Positions 1-12,843 of a stretch of DNA of 64,000 bases are shown here, in pieces. Within the stretch, counting starts at the first letter, position 1. Each line of letters begins with the position of its first letter. Source of the DNA: Eledone cirrhosa (lineage: Eukaryota); the NCBI GenBank assembly GCA_964016885.1, contig OZ024740.1, positions 411,060,001 to 411,124,000 of the forward strand, written 5' to 3'. Both the position numbers and the translations under genes were made by a program. Under the pieces are notes generated by a model. That model had not been told where the DNA came from. It saw only the letters and a program-made list of their open reading frames with translations, and made no database searches.

Positions 1-3000
1 TCCTTAGTATATGGGCAGTTCCCATTAGTACTATCTTTTGTATTTCTCCTATACGCGGGTTTCCTGGGATTTGCGATATGTAATCATTAGACCCCTTAGG
101 TATCATTCCCAGAGCGCCTACAACCACTGGTATTGTTTTAGTTCTCAATTTCCACATTTTTCCAATTTCTATCTCCAGGTCCTTATACTTGCTCAATTTT
201 TCAAATGTTTTTATAGATACATTCTTGTCTATTGGAACGGACATATCAATTAGCAGGCATACCCTCTTTTTAAAGTCCTTCAATATTATATCAGGTTTAT
301 TTGCATCTATTTTTCAGTCTGTTTGGATGCTAAAGTTCCACAAGATTGAGATGTGATCTTTTTCAAGTATGGGAGGTGGTTGATGCTTCCACCAATTTTT
401 TTGATGGGGCAGGTCAAAATGCTTACACATTATCCAATGTATGTATTGTGCAGCTCTGTCATGCCTGTTTAGGTATTCGGTTGGAGCTATAGGACTGCAC
501 ATTGAAATTATATGGTCAATGGTCTCTGGTTGTTTTTTGCTTTCACGGCATAATGGGCTGCATCCATTTTTTATTATGTTGGCTTGGTAATTTCTTGTTG
601 GCAGACACTGATCTTGTGCTGATATAATCAGTCCTTCAGTCTCCGATTTCAGTCCAGAGGATGCCAACCACTGATGGGTTAAAGTTTTGTCAACATCAGG
701 ATTGTTAGCTCGTTCTGGGTATTTTCCATACAGAGGCTTTTCTTGCCATTTCTTAGCCAGTTTCTGTAGCAGTTCTTTCTTTGCAGTTACTTTTACCTGC
801 TTTGCTTTTTCTGTGTTTTCCATTTCAGCAGTAAATGGGACTTCTGAAATTTGTAGTCCATTACTGTATCTTTGTGCATCTTTTGTAATGGAATATGATC
901 TTTTGATGCTTTCGTGTTTCAAAACGAGTTTGATCATCCAATCATGTGATACCCTTAGATATGTAGATAATCCAATTGTTGCAGTTTTTAATGCAATGTC
1001 TAACTGGATTAACCCACGTCCTCCTTCTTTCCTAGGGAGATATATTCTATCTGTATATGCCTTAGGGTGATGCATTCTGTGCATGGTTAAGCATTTTCGA
1101 ATTTTTGTATCGAGCCTACGGATCTCTGTGCTTGACCAGTTGATGACATTGTAACTGTAGGTTACTACTGGTATGGCAAGCGTGTTTATGGCATCGATCC
1201 TATTCCTTGCATTCAATTCCGTTCTTAAGATTGCTCTTACTCTGCGGTAACATTCCTTCCTTATCCTTTCCCTCATTGTCGGGTGCTTGATTCCGTCTCC
1301 TTCACAAACACCTAGATATTTGTAAGTTTTTTCTTGATCAAGTTCTCTTATCACGTTCTCCCGATCAAGATTAATGTCTGAACTCTTCAGCAGCTTTCCT
1401 CTGGTGAACGTTGCTTTGGCGCATTTATCTAGTCCAAACGCCATGTTAAGGTCATCACTGAACTGCTCCACAGTGGATAATAGCCCTTTCAATTGTTCAT
1501 CATTTTTTGCAAATAGTTTCAGGTCATCCATGTAGAACAAGTGATTAATGGTTTTGTCATAGACTTTATATCCATGTTTTGTTTCATTGAGCATTTTACT
1601 TAATGGTATAAGCGCGATGCAGAATAAAAGCGGTGATAAAGAGTCACCCTGAAAAATTCCACAATTAATATTAACTTCTCCAGCTTCCAGTGATTTTGTT
1701 TCACTATTCAAAAGGAGTGTCGTTTTCCATGTCTTCATACTGAATGACAAAAACCTCCTGACAACGGGGGATATTTTGAAAATCTCTAAACATTTTTCAA
1801 TCCAACTGTGTGGCAAACTATCGAATGCTTTTTTATAATCTATCCAAGCAATCGATAGATTTTTGTGTCTATTATGACAATCTTCCAGTATCATTTTGTT
1901 AACCAAAAGCTGATCCTTACAGCCATATCAGCCTCGTTTACACCCTTTCTGCTCAATGGGAAATAGGTCATTTGTTATCAGGTGGTCATATGTGTATTCA
2001 GTTAGGACTGATGTTAACATTTTATATATTGTGGTGAAGCAAGTTATCGGTCTGTAATTTTTGGGATTGTTTGTCTCATCATTCTTCGGAAGCAGGAATG
2101 TAATGCCGTTAACTAGCCATGATGGTATCTTTTCTGGCTCCTTAACTATTTCATTGTAAAGTTGGGCTAACAGCTCATGAGACTCTGTGAAGGCATTTAT
2201 CCAAAAATTTGTATTTTGTCTTTTCCTGGGGATTTCCATTTGCTGGTTTTTTTAGAGCCAAGCGCAACTGTTCAACTGTTATATTTTCCCATATTTGTTC
2301 CTCAATGTGAGCTGTATCTTTCATTTGTCTGTCTATCCATGGGGCATGTATGTTATGAACTTTTTCTTCGGCCCAGATCTTTTCCCAGAATTCTTGCACT
2401 TCCTCCTTGGGTGGTATTGATTTAGCAGTTATTGTTGACTTACCAATTTTTCTGTAGAAGTTTCTTTGGTTGTTTTTGAACATATTATTGTCCTTATAGA
2501 ATCTAGATCGTTTTTCAAAGCGCCTTATACGAGCAGCTTTGGCCGACACTTTTTGCTTGTTTATTTCTATCAGCATGTCTATGTCACTTGTTGATTTTAT
2601 ACTGCACTTTCTTTTCAATTTTCTAAGTTTAGTTTGTTTAACATGTTCACCTAGTTTGTTAAAATTTCTATGTCAGATCGGAGAAGGTTTATTTGGCGAT
2701 TGATGTTCTCTTGCCAAGTAGATTTCTTGTGGGAATTCCTTTGTTTTTTCATCTTCACTCCACATAAGTGAGTGGTGACTTTAGCCGATGCATAATAGAG
2801 ATGATTTAAATCAGTAATGTTTAGTTTGTTTGTGATGATAATGTTTTTGAGAATTATGTTAGTCTTGTGTATTATCTTTTGGTTCTGTTTGGAGTTCTGG
2901 ATCTTAGGGAGGGTGTCTCGTTGCCCCATGTCAGATTCTTTCATTTTCATCCATTCGATCATAATTTCATCCTTCAAGTTGGCAAGTTCATTCTCATTCA

Positions 3001-3336
3001 TTTCTTTATCATTTACGATCTCATTATTTTCATTTGGAGTTTCATCTTGAGCATGCACTCCCTCCACTTTTTCGATCCTTTCTTTAATTTGTTCTGTTGC
3101 CAGTGATTCCGCCCCAACCCTGGGATTCGAAGTGTTACAATTTACCTCGTTTTCACTGACACATGCTTCATTTTCCCTTCGCTGACTTTGTGCTAATAGC
3201 TTGATCTGATCAATTTCTATATCAGTTAGTAACTTTTTTTTTACAATATTTCTTCGTATATTGGCTAGTTTGTTACTGTCAATATAGCCTCTGTTTTCGG
3301 GATGTTTCTTTTTCCAGTTGATATATGTCTGTTTTG
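1..3336 (-). mobile_element. R4/Dong-clade non-LTR retrotransposon (RT + restriction-like endonuclease), disrupted, runs off the left edge
   Basis: Minus-strand ORF pieces 2651-3067, 2175-2618, 1928-2239 (PKNYRPITC), 314-1906 (WIDYKKAFDS, IFQGDSLSPLLF, HLFYMDDLKLF, ETIDHIISMC). RLE segment KPDII..IDMSVP..EKLSKYKDL follows in 1-313. The 5' end abuts (TAT)n at 3337-3358. Confidence 0.9.
314..1906 (-). pseudogene. RT core and C-terminal region of the R4/Dong ORF, bounded by in-frame TGA stops
   Basis: RT motifs as above. In-frame TGA at 1928-1930 and 314-316, frameshift near 2235, TAG at 2651-2653. Confidence 0.88.
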
Positions 3337-3355
3337 TTATTATTATTATTATTAT

Positions 3356-3437
3356 TATAAATAAAGTACCAGTAATGCACTGGGTAATTGCTGGCCTTGT
3401 GCCTAAAGTAGAAACAATTATTATTATTATTATTATT
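3356..3437 (+). mobile_element. 3' fragment of tRNA-derived SINE family 1 with (ATT)n tail
   Basis: ataaataaagtaccagtaatgcactgggtaattgctggccttgtgcctaaagtagaaacaattattatt matches the 3' ends of the full copies (4819, 39806, 46568). Confidence 0.85.
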
Positions 3438-4127
3438 ACAGTTGCATTTATCTTGCTTTATGTTCATACGAGTTATCACCAAGTCACAACCAGTGACCTC
3501 AAGAGACAACAAGGTCCGCCATGTTCAAGAAACAACATACATACTCACACATGCATCTTTAGTGTTTAGACTTGTGATGTACTTATATTGACAGAATCTT
3601 CCTTAGTATATGGGCAGTTCCCATTAGTACTATCTTTTGTATTTCTCCTATACGCGGGTTTCCTGGGATTTGCGATAAGTAATCATTAGACCCCTTAGGT
3701 ATCATTCCCAGAGCGCCTACAACCACTGGTATTGTTTTAGTTCTCAATTTCCACATTTTTCCAATTTCTATCTCCAGGTCCTTATACTTGCTCAATTTTT
3801 CAAATGTTTTTATAGATACATTCTTGTCTATTGGAACGGACATATCAATTAGCAGGCATACCCTCTTTTTAAAGTCCTTCAATATTATATCAGGTCTATT
3901 TGCATCTATTTTTCAGTCTGTTTGGATGCTAAAGTTCCACAAGATTGAGATGTGATCTTTTTCAAGTATGGGAGGTGGTTGATGCTTCCACCAATTCTTT
4001 TGATGGGGCAGGTCAAATGCTTACACATTATCCAATGTATGTATTGTGCAGCTCTGTCATGCCTGTTTAGGTATTCGGTTGGAGCTATAGGACTGCACAT
4101 TGAAATTATATGGTCAATGGTCTCTGG

Positions 4128-4130
<3 letters not shown>
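3438..4130 (-). mobile_element. 5'-truncated R4/Dong copy (RLE domain + 3' UTR) between (TAA)n tracts
   Basis: 3600-4130 is nearly identical to 1-531. ORF 3583-3882 encodes the RLE. The 3' UTR ends in the (TAA)n at 3419-3437 and the 5' end joins (TTA)n at 4131. Confidence 0.92.

Positions 4131-4206
<76 letters not shown>
4131..4206. repeat. (TTA)n microsatellite
   Basis: Seen directly. Confidence 0.98.
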
Positions 4207-4208
<2 letters not shown>

Positions 4209-4818
4209 TATACGAGCTTGTCATAGTACAGGGAGAGATAAGATCAGCAATAACATTAGATGTCAAAACATGTTTAGTGATGGTTATAGAAGCGTCTTTT
4301 CGTTTCGACTAATTACAAACATAATCTAGTCACATTTAGTTTAATCGGTGCAACAGAAAGTACTTGGGGGAGGGATGGAAGCAATAGTATGAACAGATCA
4401 TGCGTCTGTTATGCAATGCGAGTGATGTGATGGGTGGGCGAGTAACACTTAAATACCTGAATGTTTGTATCAGTAGAGCAGTGAGCTCCTGGGAACAAAA
4501 GCCACTGTAGTGGCGTTAGAAAAGAATAGGAAAGGAAAATGAACGACTCTGGGCTAATGGCTCGTAATTAATATCATTACCCCTAACACAATTATCTTTC
4601 ATCGCTATCCCTATTAAATGTACAACCAATTGCAACTGCGACATTAAGAAACGAACGCCATAACTATTACATATTCCCCCGAGAGCCCACCGCTACAGCT
4701 ACCAATCTGATACCAACCCCATCATACACATTAATAACTCTACATTCAATGCTGTCACCTTTATCTTATCAATTATAAAATTAAATCCACTAAAACTGTT
4801 CGTTATTACCTTCACCAA

Positions 4819-5010
4819 GCGCGGTGAATTGGCAGTATCGGTAGAGGGTCGGATTATGCTTTCCAGCATAGTTACGTGCCTTTACGATCTGAGTTCAATT
4901 CCCGCCGAGGTTAACTTTGCCTTTCATCCTTACGGGGTCGATAAAATAAAGTACCAGTAATGTACTGGGATAATTGCTGGCCTTGTGCCAAAAAGTAGAA
5001 ACAATTATTA
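4819..5010 (+). mobile_element. tRNA-derived SINE family 1, full length
   Basis: A box tggcagtatcgg, B box gagttcaattccc, core gcctttcatccttacggggtcgataaaataaagtaccag (resembles the Meta/MESC SINE domain as I recall it), tail gaaacaattatt. Confidence 0.88.
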
Positions 5011-6717
5011 ACTTCACCAATATAAGCGCCACTAAACCATCAGTTCCACATTAAAATAGAAGCCTCTGTTATTACTATCATTTCTGTGATCATCATAAAT
5101 AACAGCAACATCACCACCAGATATCGGTCCGCTACATGGAAGCAAATTCTTATAAAAATAACGCAAATAATTACAATTTGATCAAATGACACGATGCTAA
5201 AAAAATCATCACAACTTACTGCCACAATCACAAGCAGTATATGTCTCTAAGCTGCCATCCAATCTACAAGAAACTGCGGTCAAATAACTGTCAAAATGTA
5301 CTGTATACTTTCAACTGTATCGATATAAAAGACGAAGAATTCACACTTAAACTAACCTTCTCCCTATGACTACCTGGTTGCGGTAGCATGAATGGGTAAA
5401 TTTTGTCAAGCACCATCCATACGGTTTCTGGCCTCCTTTCCCCAGTTTCTTGGTTCTGGTTACGTCGGGAAGGCAACCATCCTACTCCTTTTGCAGCCTG
5501 ACTTGTGACCGTCTTTGATGGAGTTGGACCGACCTTGGCGGATTTGTTACCATATCATTTTGAGGTCGACTAAATATGTATCAATCAAAAACTACCTTAT
5601 CGCATTTCCATCGTGATCTCGCACCATTTCGTTCACAGCTCCAGCAGCACACATTGTCTTTTCTTTTTGTTACGCGAAATCTTTTTTAGCCAGGGACTCT
5701 ATCCTTCTCGATTCCTGGAGAAAGATTCGTTACTTATATTCTCCATTAATGTTCTCCTCATTGAATATAGGTGATAGTGATAAAGATAGGATGGGGAGGA
5801 GAGGGGGGTCCATAGGCTTCCTCCTTGATAGGAGCGTCTAGATTTTTGAAGCGTGAAAAGCAAAGTTAATCACAACGGGATCTGAACAAAATATGCAAAG
5901 AAACCAAAAGAAATATACGATGTTCAAAAGATTCTGCCAGATATGCCACCTTAGCCAAATACAAGGTTCAATATAATCGACCTCACGTGACCTAGATGCC
6001 CCGGCAACCCCACATTCCAGTATATCTAAAACCAGTAAAATAATATTGCTTTCTAATTTTGACACAAGCCCAGCAATTTTGAGAGAAAGGCAAATTTAAT
6101 TTTATCGATTCCAGAACTTGACTGGCAATTTATTTTATCAACATCGGAATGGTGACAGGTAAAGCATACAGAGACTGGATTTGAGCTCAGAAAATATAGA
6201 TCCGAAACTAAAAACGTGAAGCATTTGTCCAAGACCACGCCTTAATCAGTAAATTAATAATAAGTATAAAATAATAGAATAATGGGAGAAATGATTTAAA
6301 TCTGTGAGTCATTTGATAATCATTTGCATGTTAGTAATATTCCTTGCACACTTAACACATCGCAGAAGATTAAAACTGACAGCATAATCCAGATCAATAG
6401 TGATAACGACTACTTTTTAAATGGTAAAATTTTTTTATGTCTTCAAATTGTTTTCTGTTTAGTAATATCAGCGAATTCTAAATTAATGACATGTTTCCAT
6501 TGAGAAAATCTCTGCGTTATATAGGCCACACAGGCTCAAACAAAAATACGACAATTTCAAAATACACATACACATACACATACACACAACTGTATTTCTT
6601 TACCCACGCAACCACAATAAGATCACAACCAGGGTACATTTTAAAACATGAGTAATTATAGATATTTTTCGTTTTGTATTACCCACAGTGTCACAACATC
6701 CAGTCTCCATCACCCTC

Positions 6718-7788
6718 TCCTGATCAGACTCAGACTCAGAAGCTCCCGCGTCTTGCGACGCATGAGGCAATCATAGTGTTCCACCGCGTTCGGTCAGCAG
6801 CCAGTTGCACAGCGTCCCGCCATTGTCTGTTTGTCGCTCGCAGGTCCCTCTCAACTGTCTGGCGCCAGTTCATTTTGGGTCGCCCTCTCCGTCTGCTTCC
6901 CTGTGGGTTCCATTTAAGTACTTGGTTCACCAGTCTCTCCGGGGGAAGTCTCAAAGCGTGCCCAAACCAGCCCAGGCGTCGCTTGCAGATGGCAGAAGAG
7001 ACCAGCTGCTGGTTGGTGCGGCTCCTGACTTCCTGGTTTGTTACATAGACACTCCATTTGATCCCCAGGATCTTTGACAGACACCTGGAATCGAATGCGT
7101 CCAACTTCTTCTCTTGGCTGGTCTTAAGGTGCCATGTTTCACTTCCGTACAAGAGTATGGACAGCACGTTGCTGTTGTAGAATCTCATCTTTGTTTTGAG
7201 GGTGAAATTCCTGCTCTTCCAGATCTTGACAAGCTGGTTAAATGCTGCTGAAGCCTTTCCCATGCTGAGCATCATGCATGAGCATGGTCTGCCCCAGAAA
7301 GTCATTTCGGCAATCAAACAGATTTACGCAAACTCCAAGTGCTGCATACGGACAGAGGATGGTTACAGTGACTGGTTTGAGGTGGTTACTGGTGTGCGTC
7401 AGGGTTGCTCGCTCTCTCCAATTCTCTTTGCCATAGCCATTGACTTGGTACTAAGAAGAGCGTCTAAAGACCAGGGTATATCTTGAGTGGCAAAGCAAAA
7501 GTTGTCTGACCTGGATTTTGCGGACGATATTGTTGCACTTGCAGAGAGCACAGCTCTCTGCAAGTGCAATATTATGAACAATATCAATGTCGAAGCAGGA
7601 AGCTTAGGTCTCAATATCAGTGCTAAGAAGACCAAAAGCATGTTATCTGGGACACACCCATCACCAACTGGTGTTTTCATTGAACAGAGGGAGGTGTAGA
7701 TAGTGGACAACTTCACCTACCTAGGAAGCTCCATTGACAATGGGGGCGCCATGGACAGTGAATTGCAATGTAGAATGTCCTGATCAGA
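6718..7788 (-). mobile_element. RTE-clade LINE with 5' inversion and 11-bp target-site duplication
   Basis: 3' part on minus 7263-6729 (LLYGSETW, RRLGWFGHALR, RRRGRPKMNW) with (TCTGAG)n tail. Upstream RT part on plus 7261-7777 (GVRQGCSLSPILF, LDFADDIV). Direct repeat tcctgatcaga at 6718-6728 and 7778-7788. Confidence 0.92.
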
Positions 7789-7832
7789 GCGATATAAAGT
7801 ATTTTTGAGAAAGTGTGGACACAATGCATCGA

Positions 7833-8413
7833 ATAAAAAATCGAATAGACCAGGCTATAAGAATGAGGCTTCTATGAAGAAATCTCCGACAAATAACCAA
7901 AACTAGCCCTTCGCCTCGGCCGTAGCGGAATATTTATCGAATATTTCGACAGCGTAATCGCCCAGATACAGTCAACTAAAGAGAATTAGGTGTAAAATAA
8001 ACTAGGAGAAAATAGAATACATTTAAATACCTCTACCATGGTTTCATCCGTATTTTGAGTCTTCTAATAATTATGTAATAATTATATATCTGTTTAGTTG
8101 AGTGTATCTGGGCGATTACGCTGTCGAAATATTAGATAAATATTCCGCTATAGCCGACGCGAAGGGCTAGTTTTGGTTATTTGTCGCAGATTTCTTCATA
8201 GAAGCCTCATTCTTATAGCCTGGTCTATTCGATTTTTTATATAGTTAATTATGCTAACTGGGAGAGGAAATAGTATATATTTTATCTTGTGATTCTATAG
8301 ACATGTTTTATGATATGTAGCTCTGATTATTTAATTTATTAATTTTTCATTGAGCCACAAAGTGACCAGTTGCAAAACACGTATATGTATATGTATGTAT
8401 ATATATATGTAAA

Positions 8414-8420
<7 letters not shown>
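7833..8420 (+). mobile_element. PLE pLTR-type fold-back, same family as 54635-55300
   Basis: Inverted arms 7833-7984 / 8089-8240. 8221-8380 is homologous to 55105-55260. The spacer carries a minus-strand HHR-like gaaga..GAAA-ccatgg-TA. Confidence 0.75.
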
Positions 8421-8460
<40 letters not shown>

Positions 8461-8582
8461 ATACACTACGAGACGGTAGTAGTCGCTGTTGTTTTGGCGT
8501 AGCTACAGCTCTCTAAATTTTTAATTTAAACATACCATATTTCTTCTGAAATACGAAATTCCAATACATATGTACACAACTA

Positions 8583-8657
<75 letters not shown>

Positions 8658-8660
<3 letters not shown>

Positions 8661-8817
8661 AACGAGTAGAATCCCGAGTAGTCCAGAATTAGCCGTCGAA
8701 ATGGCTTGAGCTCAGCAGTCGGGGTCCTACTCGTTCCTTTACCCACTCTACTACCCTAAGTATTGAGTACTTTGGTGCGTTATGGTCCACCTGGTTCCTT
8801 CCCACATTTCCTTCGTT
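8658..8817 (+). mobile_element. Short (TA)n-flanked repeat 'module B' (probably PLE-associated)
   Basis: agccgtcgaaayggcttgagctcagc..gtcgggg..acccactctactaccctaagtattgagtact..ggtgcgttatggt recurs at 12176-12315(-), 12628-12690(+), 31490-31628(+), 43984-44032, 48686-48745(-), 63036-63190. Confidence 0.75.
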
Positions 8818-8834
8818 ATATATATATATATATA

Positions 8835-9013
8835 ATTCGTTTTTTTAATTTGTTTTGCCAGATTTCTTATCTGAAAACGTGTGTTGAAACAGATATTGTT
8901 ATACTTTGGGAGGGTCATGTTGCCAATAAAAATACGGAAATTTATGATAAATTGAAGTGAAACAGATGCGTGTGTTTTTATTGGCAACATGACGCTCCAT
9001 ATGTATAACAATA
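8835..9013 (-). mobile_element. Solo pLTR end of PLE family A with terminal hairpin
   Basis: attgttatactttgggagggtcatgttgccaataa and its reverse complement at about 8978-9013. Same sequence as the end of the element at 41557-43502. Confidence 0.8.
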
Positions 9014-9265
9014 TATATATATATAAATACAAATGAAAGTACAGTACATTCGAAGTTCGAGCAGCAGCTAAGCCAACGAATGCCTTCAGCAGTGCAGCCA
9101 AGCACACGACAAGGTATAGACCTAAGAGTAATAACATACATATATATATGTATGCATGTATGTAAAAGTTAAACAGAAATAACAACACAATTGGTACAGT
9201 ATATGGAAGGGATATATTAGGTTCACGCTCGATATAGCAGGAAGAGGTTCTTAACGTTTCGGGCG

Positions 9266-9350
<85 letters not shown>

Positions 9351-9411
9351 AGTATGTATGTATACGTACATACATATATGTATACAGACGTACAGTAGCA
9401 TGCATGTATAC

Positions 9412-9445
<34 letters not shown>

Positions 9446-9647
9446 ACATACAGGTACACATACATATATGTACGTATCAGTTTAGCGGACGTTTATTATA
9501 ACGCCCGCTTTGTCCGTTTGTAAACAAACTGACAGCCTGAATTTATGCCGTACGGTGTTAAGGCAACCACGTCAACTTTTTTTTTTTTTTTTTTTTTTTT
9601 GCCGTACTAAGAGTGAGAAATGAAATTTCGTTTTCATTCTATTACAA

Positions 9648-9690
<43 letters not shown>

Positions 9691-9694
<4 letters not shown>

Positions 9695-12020
9695 ATAATA
9701 ATAAATTTGAAGACTAAAATCCAAAGAGGGCTCGATAAGAATAGATATATATCAAATATATAAGAACCGTAGAACAAATATTTATTAAAATAACAGATTA
9801 AAGTTTAAGCAAAGAATCGCTAGGTTACTGATCTTATTGGCATTTACTTTCTTTTCTCTATCAAGGACGAATTCCCCAACGCGGGCGGTGGTTTGTACCG
9901 TGACGATGGTCCTTTGACCATGACTAAGTGCGGACCTCGTGCTTGCGACAGGTTCCGAAAAGAACTCCCAGCCTTCTTTAAAGGCTTCAACCTCTCTATA
10001 CAGGTTGAGGCCAATCTCTCGGTCGTTAATTACCTCGACGTTACCCTCAACCTATTGAATGGGTTGTATTACCCGTATAGAAAGCCGAATGATACGCTTA
10101 ATTACATAAGTAAACATTCCAACCAGCCTGCCAGCATAACCAAAAACCTGGTAAGAAACGTTTCGTTGAGGCTTTCCCGTCTTTCCACCAACGAGCGTAT
10201 TTTCAACGACCATTCCACTTATTACAATGAAGCTCTTGCTCGAAGTGGATTTGTCGATAAGGTAGCATATACAGAGTACGAAAATAGACCTAGAATAAAT
10301 AGATCCCGTCGCATTTGTTGGTATAACCCACCATATAATATGGAGGTGGCCACACCATTAGCTAAGATCTTTCTTTCCCTTATTACGAAGCATTTTCCCC
10401 CTACACATAAATATAGTAACATTTTTAATAGAAATACTATTAAAATTTCTTACTCTACGACTCCTAACCTTGCACATAACATCACAGCTTCAAATTTATC
10501 TAAACTACCTAGCCGTAGAAACACGTGCAACCCTGTAGTTAGTACTAACTGTAATTGTAGGAATCGAGCTGATTGCCCCCTATCCGGGAAATGCCCCTCT
10601 AGTAACATTGTCTACAAATTTAAGGTTGTAACACCCACGTCCCGTAGTGCCTACGTAGGGTTAACCGTCAATAGTTTCAAGCAGCGTCTTTACATGCATA
10701 CCCATTCTTTTCGTTACCCTCTAAGAAGGAATATGACGTCACTTTCAGCTTATATCTGGAGTCTAAAAGACAACCACACCCAATATAAGTTACACTGGGA
10801 GATCCTAGCTAGGGCTAGTTCGTATAACGGAAATAAAAGACCATGTGATCTCTGCGCCGCTGAGGCCCTGGAAATACTCTACGCCACAGACCACATCTTA
10901 AACAAAAAATCTGAGGCAATTTCGGCTTGTAAACATAAATTGCACAAAACTTTCCTGTATTACAGCCCCACGTTATACCCTAACGGATAGTACGATCTAT
11001 ACGTGGATATTTTACGTCTTGATGTGGGAGCTAAGTATATGTTTTGTTTATTCCTTTACTTATTTGCATAGGTAAGTATATATTACCCGTATGTTTTGTG
11101 AAGGTACGTATACCTTCTCGTACGATTATTTGATTGTTATGGCGTATCATTTTTTATATATTCTGGTACATAGGGTTTGGCTATGTGAATACGGGAGTTT
11201 TGCGTCTGTGTGAGTATGCAGGTTCGTACGTATGGTGGGTGTGTGTATATGTGTATCTCTTGTTTTAGTTGACTTACGTCTCCGAACATTCGTGTATTTA
11301 CATGTACGTATGTGTGTGCGCTTGTTATATACGTATGTATTTATTTATATACGTTTATATAATTATTTATTTGTATACACGCATACACACACATGCGTAA
11401 TTATATGTTCGTGGTTTTGTATACCTATGGTAAGGATTTGCGTATGCTTGTGTATGTACGTATTTGTTTGCGTGTATGTATTTATTTATTTCTATTACTT
11501 CTGTATTGTATTTTATTTACTTTGTTCTTAACTCTGTAGCGGAGATTCATCTGGTCTCCGAGTTAGAATTTTAGTCTACGACTTCTGCTATACCATTTAC
11601 GTGGTTTTGTGTTTGCGTGCTATTGTTCTCCACGATCCACATTGACGTATTATCTTCGTTTTTTCGTTCATTGCCAGAGAACGTCTCTATGCACCAACTA
11701 AGAGAACATTAGTCTACGACCTCTTTTATACCATAAACGTGGTTCTGTCTCTGCGCGTAATTGTTTTTCACCGCTCTAATTAATGACGTTTTATTCGTTT
11801 TTTCCCGTTCTTTGCCAGCGAACGTTTCCACGAACCAAAGTATCGTCTTCCTGTCTTCCTCCGGTTGCAACGTTTTTTGAAATATCCAGTTCTGCGTTTA
11901 CAGATTGACTTTGTTAGTTTCAGAAGATCCCGTTAAGGGTGAAAGCAGCGATTCTTTTCTTAAACTGTTATTTTCTTAAACTATTCTTTGCTTAAATCTG
12001 TTATTTTAATAAATCTATAT
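9691..12020 (+). mobile_element. 5'-truncated PLE (C-terminal GIY-YIG, CxC-x5-C linker) with inverted 5' pLTR piece, between (TA)n tracts
   Basis: ORF 9893-10990. 9780-9821 is the reverse complement of pieces of 11947-12017. (TA)n on both sides. Confidence 0.88.
9893..10990 (+). CDS. PLE RT C-terminal half + GIY-YIG endonuclease (truncated)
   Basis: LYRDDG, VNYLDVTLNL, YRKPN..YI..HSN, WYNPPY, KISYS, CNCRNRADCPLSGKC, NIVY..AYVGLT..FKQRLYMH, CDLC, SACKH. Confidence 0.9.
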   Translation: MYRDDGPLTMTKCGPRACDRFRKELPAFFKGFNLSIQVEANLSVVNYLDVTLNLLNGLYYPYRKPNDTLNYISKHSNQPASITKNLVRNVSLRLSRLSTNERIFNDHSTYYNEALARSGFVDKVAYTEYENRPRINRSRRICWYNPPYNMEVATPLAKIFLSLITKHFPPTHKYSNIFNRNTIKISYSTTPNLAHNITASNLSKLPSRRNTCNPVVSTNCNCRNRADCPLSGKCPSSNIVYKFKVVTPTSRSAYVGLTVNSFKQRLYMHTHSFRYPLRRNMTSLSAYIWSLKDNHTQYKLHWEILARASSYNGNKRPCDLCAAEALEILYATDHILNKKSEAISACKHKLHKTFLYYSPTLYPNG

Positions 12021-12024
12021 ATAA

Positions 12025-12178
<154 letters not shown>

Positions 12179-12329
12179 CAAAGGAATTGTGGTAACGAAC
12201 CAAATGAACCATAACGCACCAGAGTACTCAATACTTAGGGTAGTAGAGTGGGAAATAGGAAAAAGTATGACGCCGACGGTAGAGCTCAGGCCGTTTCGAC
12301 GACTATTTCTGGACAAAATATACTACTGT

Positions 12330-12550
12330 CTTCTAGTCCATCAGTCGCAAGCGGTGGGAGGGACCGTCCTGACGAAGGCTAGTTAAGCCTGAAATGCGTA
12401 GACGGTTGTCCCCCTTGCTTCTGCTGGACATCACCAGAGGGCGTTAGACCCCCGGTTTCTGCATAGCTACGGCTTCCTAACACCGTATTTCCTTGGAGAT
12501 ACGAAATATTTATACATATTGTATAAAGCTATGCTTGAAGCGAAATCCTA
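12330..12550 (+). mobile_element. Solo pLTR of PLE family D
   Basis: HHR plus ccccttgcttctgctggaca..gcatagctac..ccgtatttc, shared with 52380-52612 and partly 8495-8575. Confidence 0.72.
12362..12407 (+). ncRNA. Minimal type I hammerhead ribozyme (PLE type)
   Basis: Stem I gaccgtc/gacggtt, core CTGACGA, stem II aggct-agtta-agcct, GAAA, short stem III tgcg, TA cleavage site. Confidence 0.82.
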
Positions 12551-12553
12551 TTT

Positions 12554-12614
<61 letters not shown>

Positions 12615-12685
12615 GTATGTATATACACTAGTCCAGAAATAGCCGTCGAAAGAGGTTGAGCTCTGCCGTCGGGGTCATACTTTTT

Positions 12686-12770
<85 letters not shown>

Positions 12771-12775
12771 GTATT

Positions 12776-12843
<68 letters not shown>

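Noticed and set aside
314-1930. Two in-frame TGA codons in the Dong ORF as possible selenocysteine or readthrough
   Set aside because: The same copy also has a frameshift and a TAG, one TGA sits at a likely Arg (CpG) position, and no SECIS was recognised.
4819-4910. tRNA gene-like A and B boxes
   Set aside because: These are SINE heads. There is no cloverleaf, and a SINE core and tail follow.
5290-6240. Possible decayed coding or retroelement sequence
   Set aside because: No recognisable motif in any frame.
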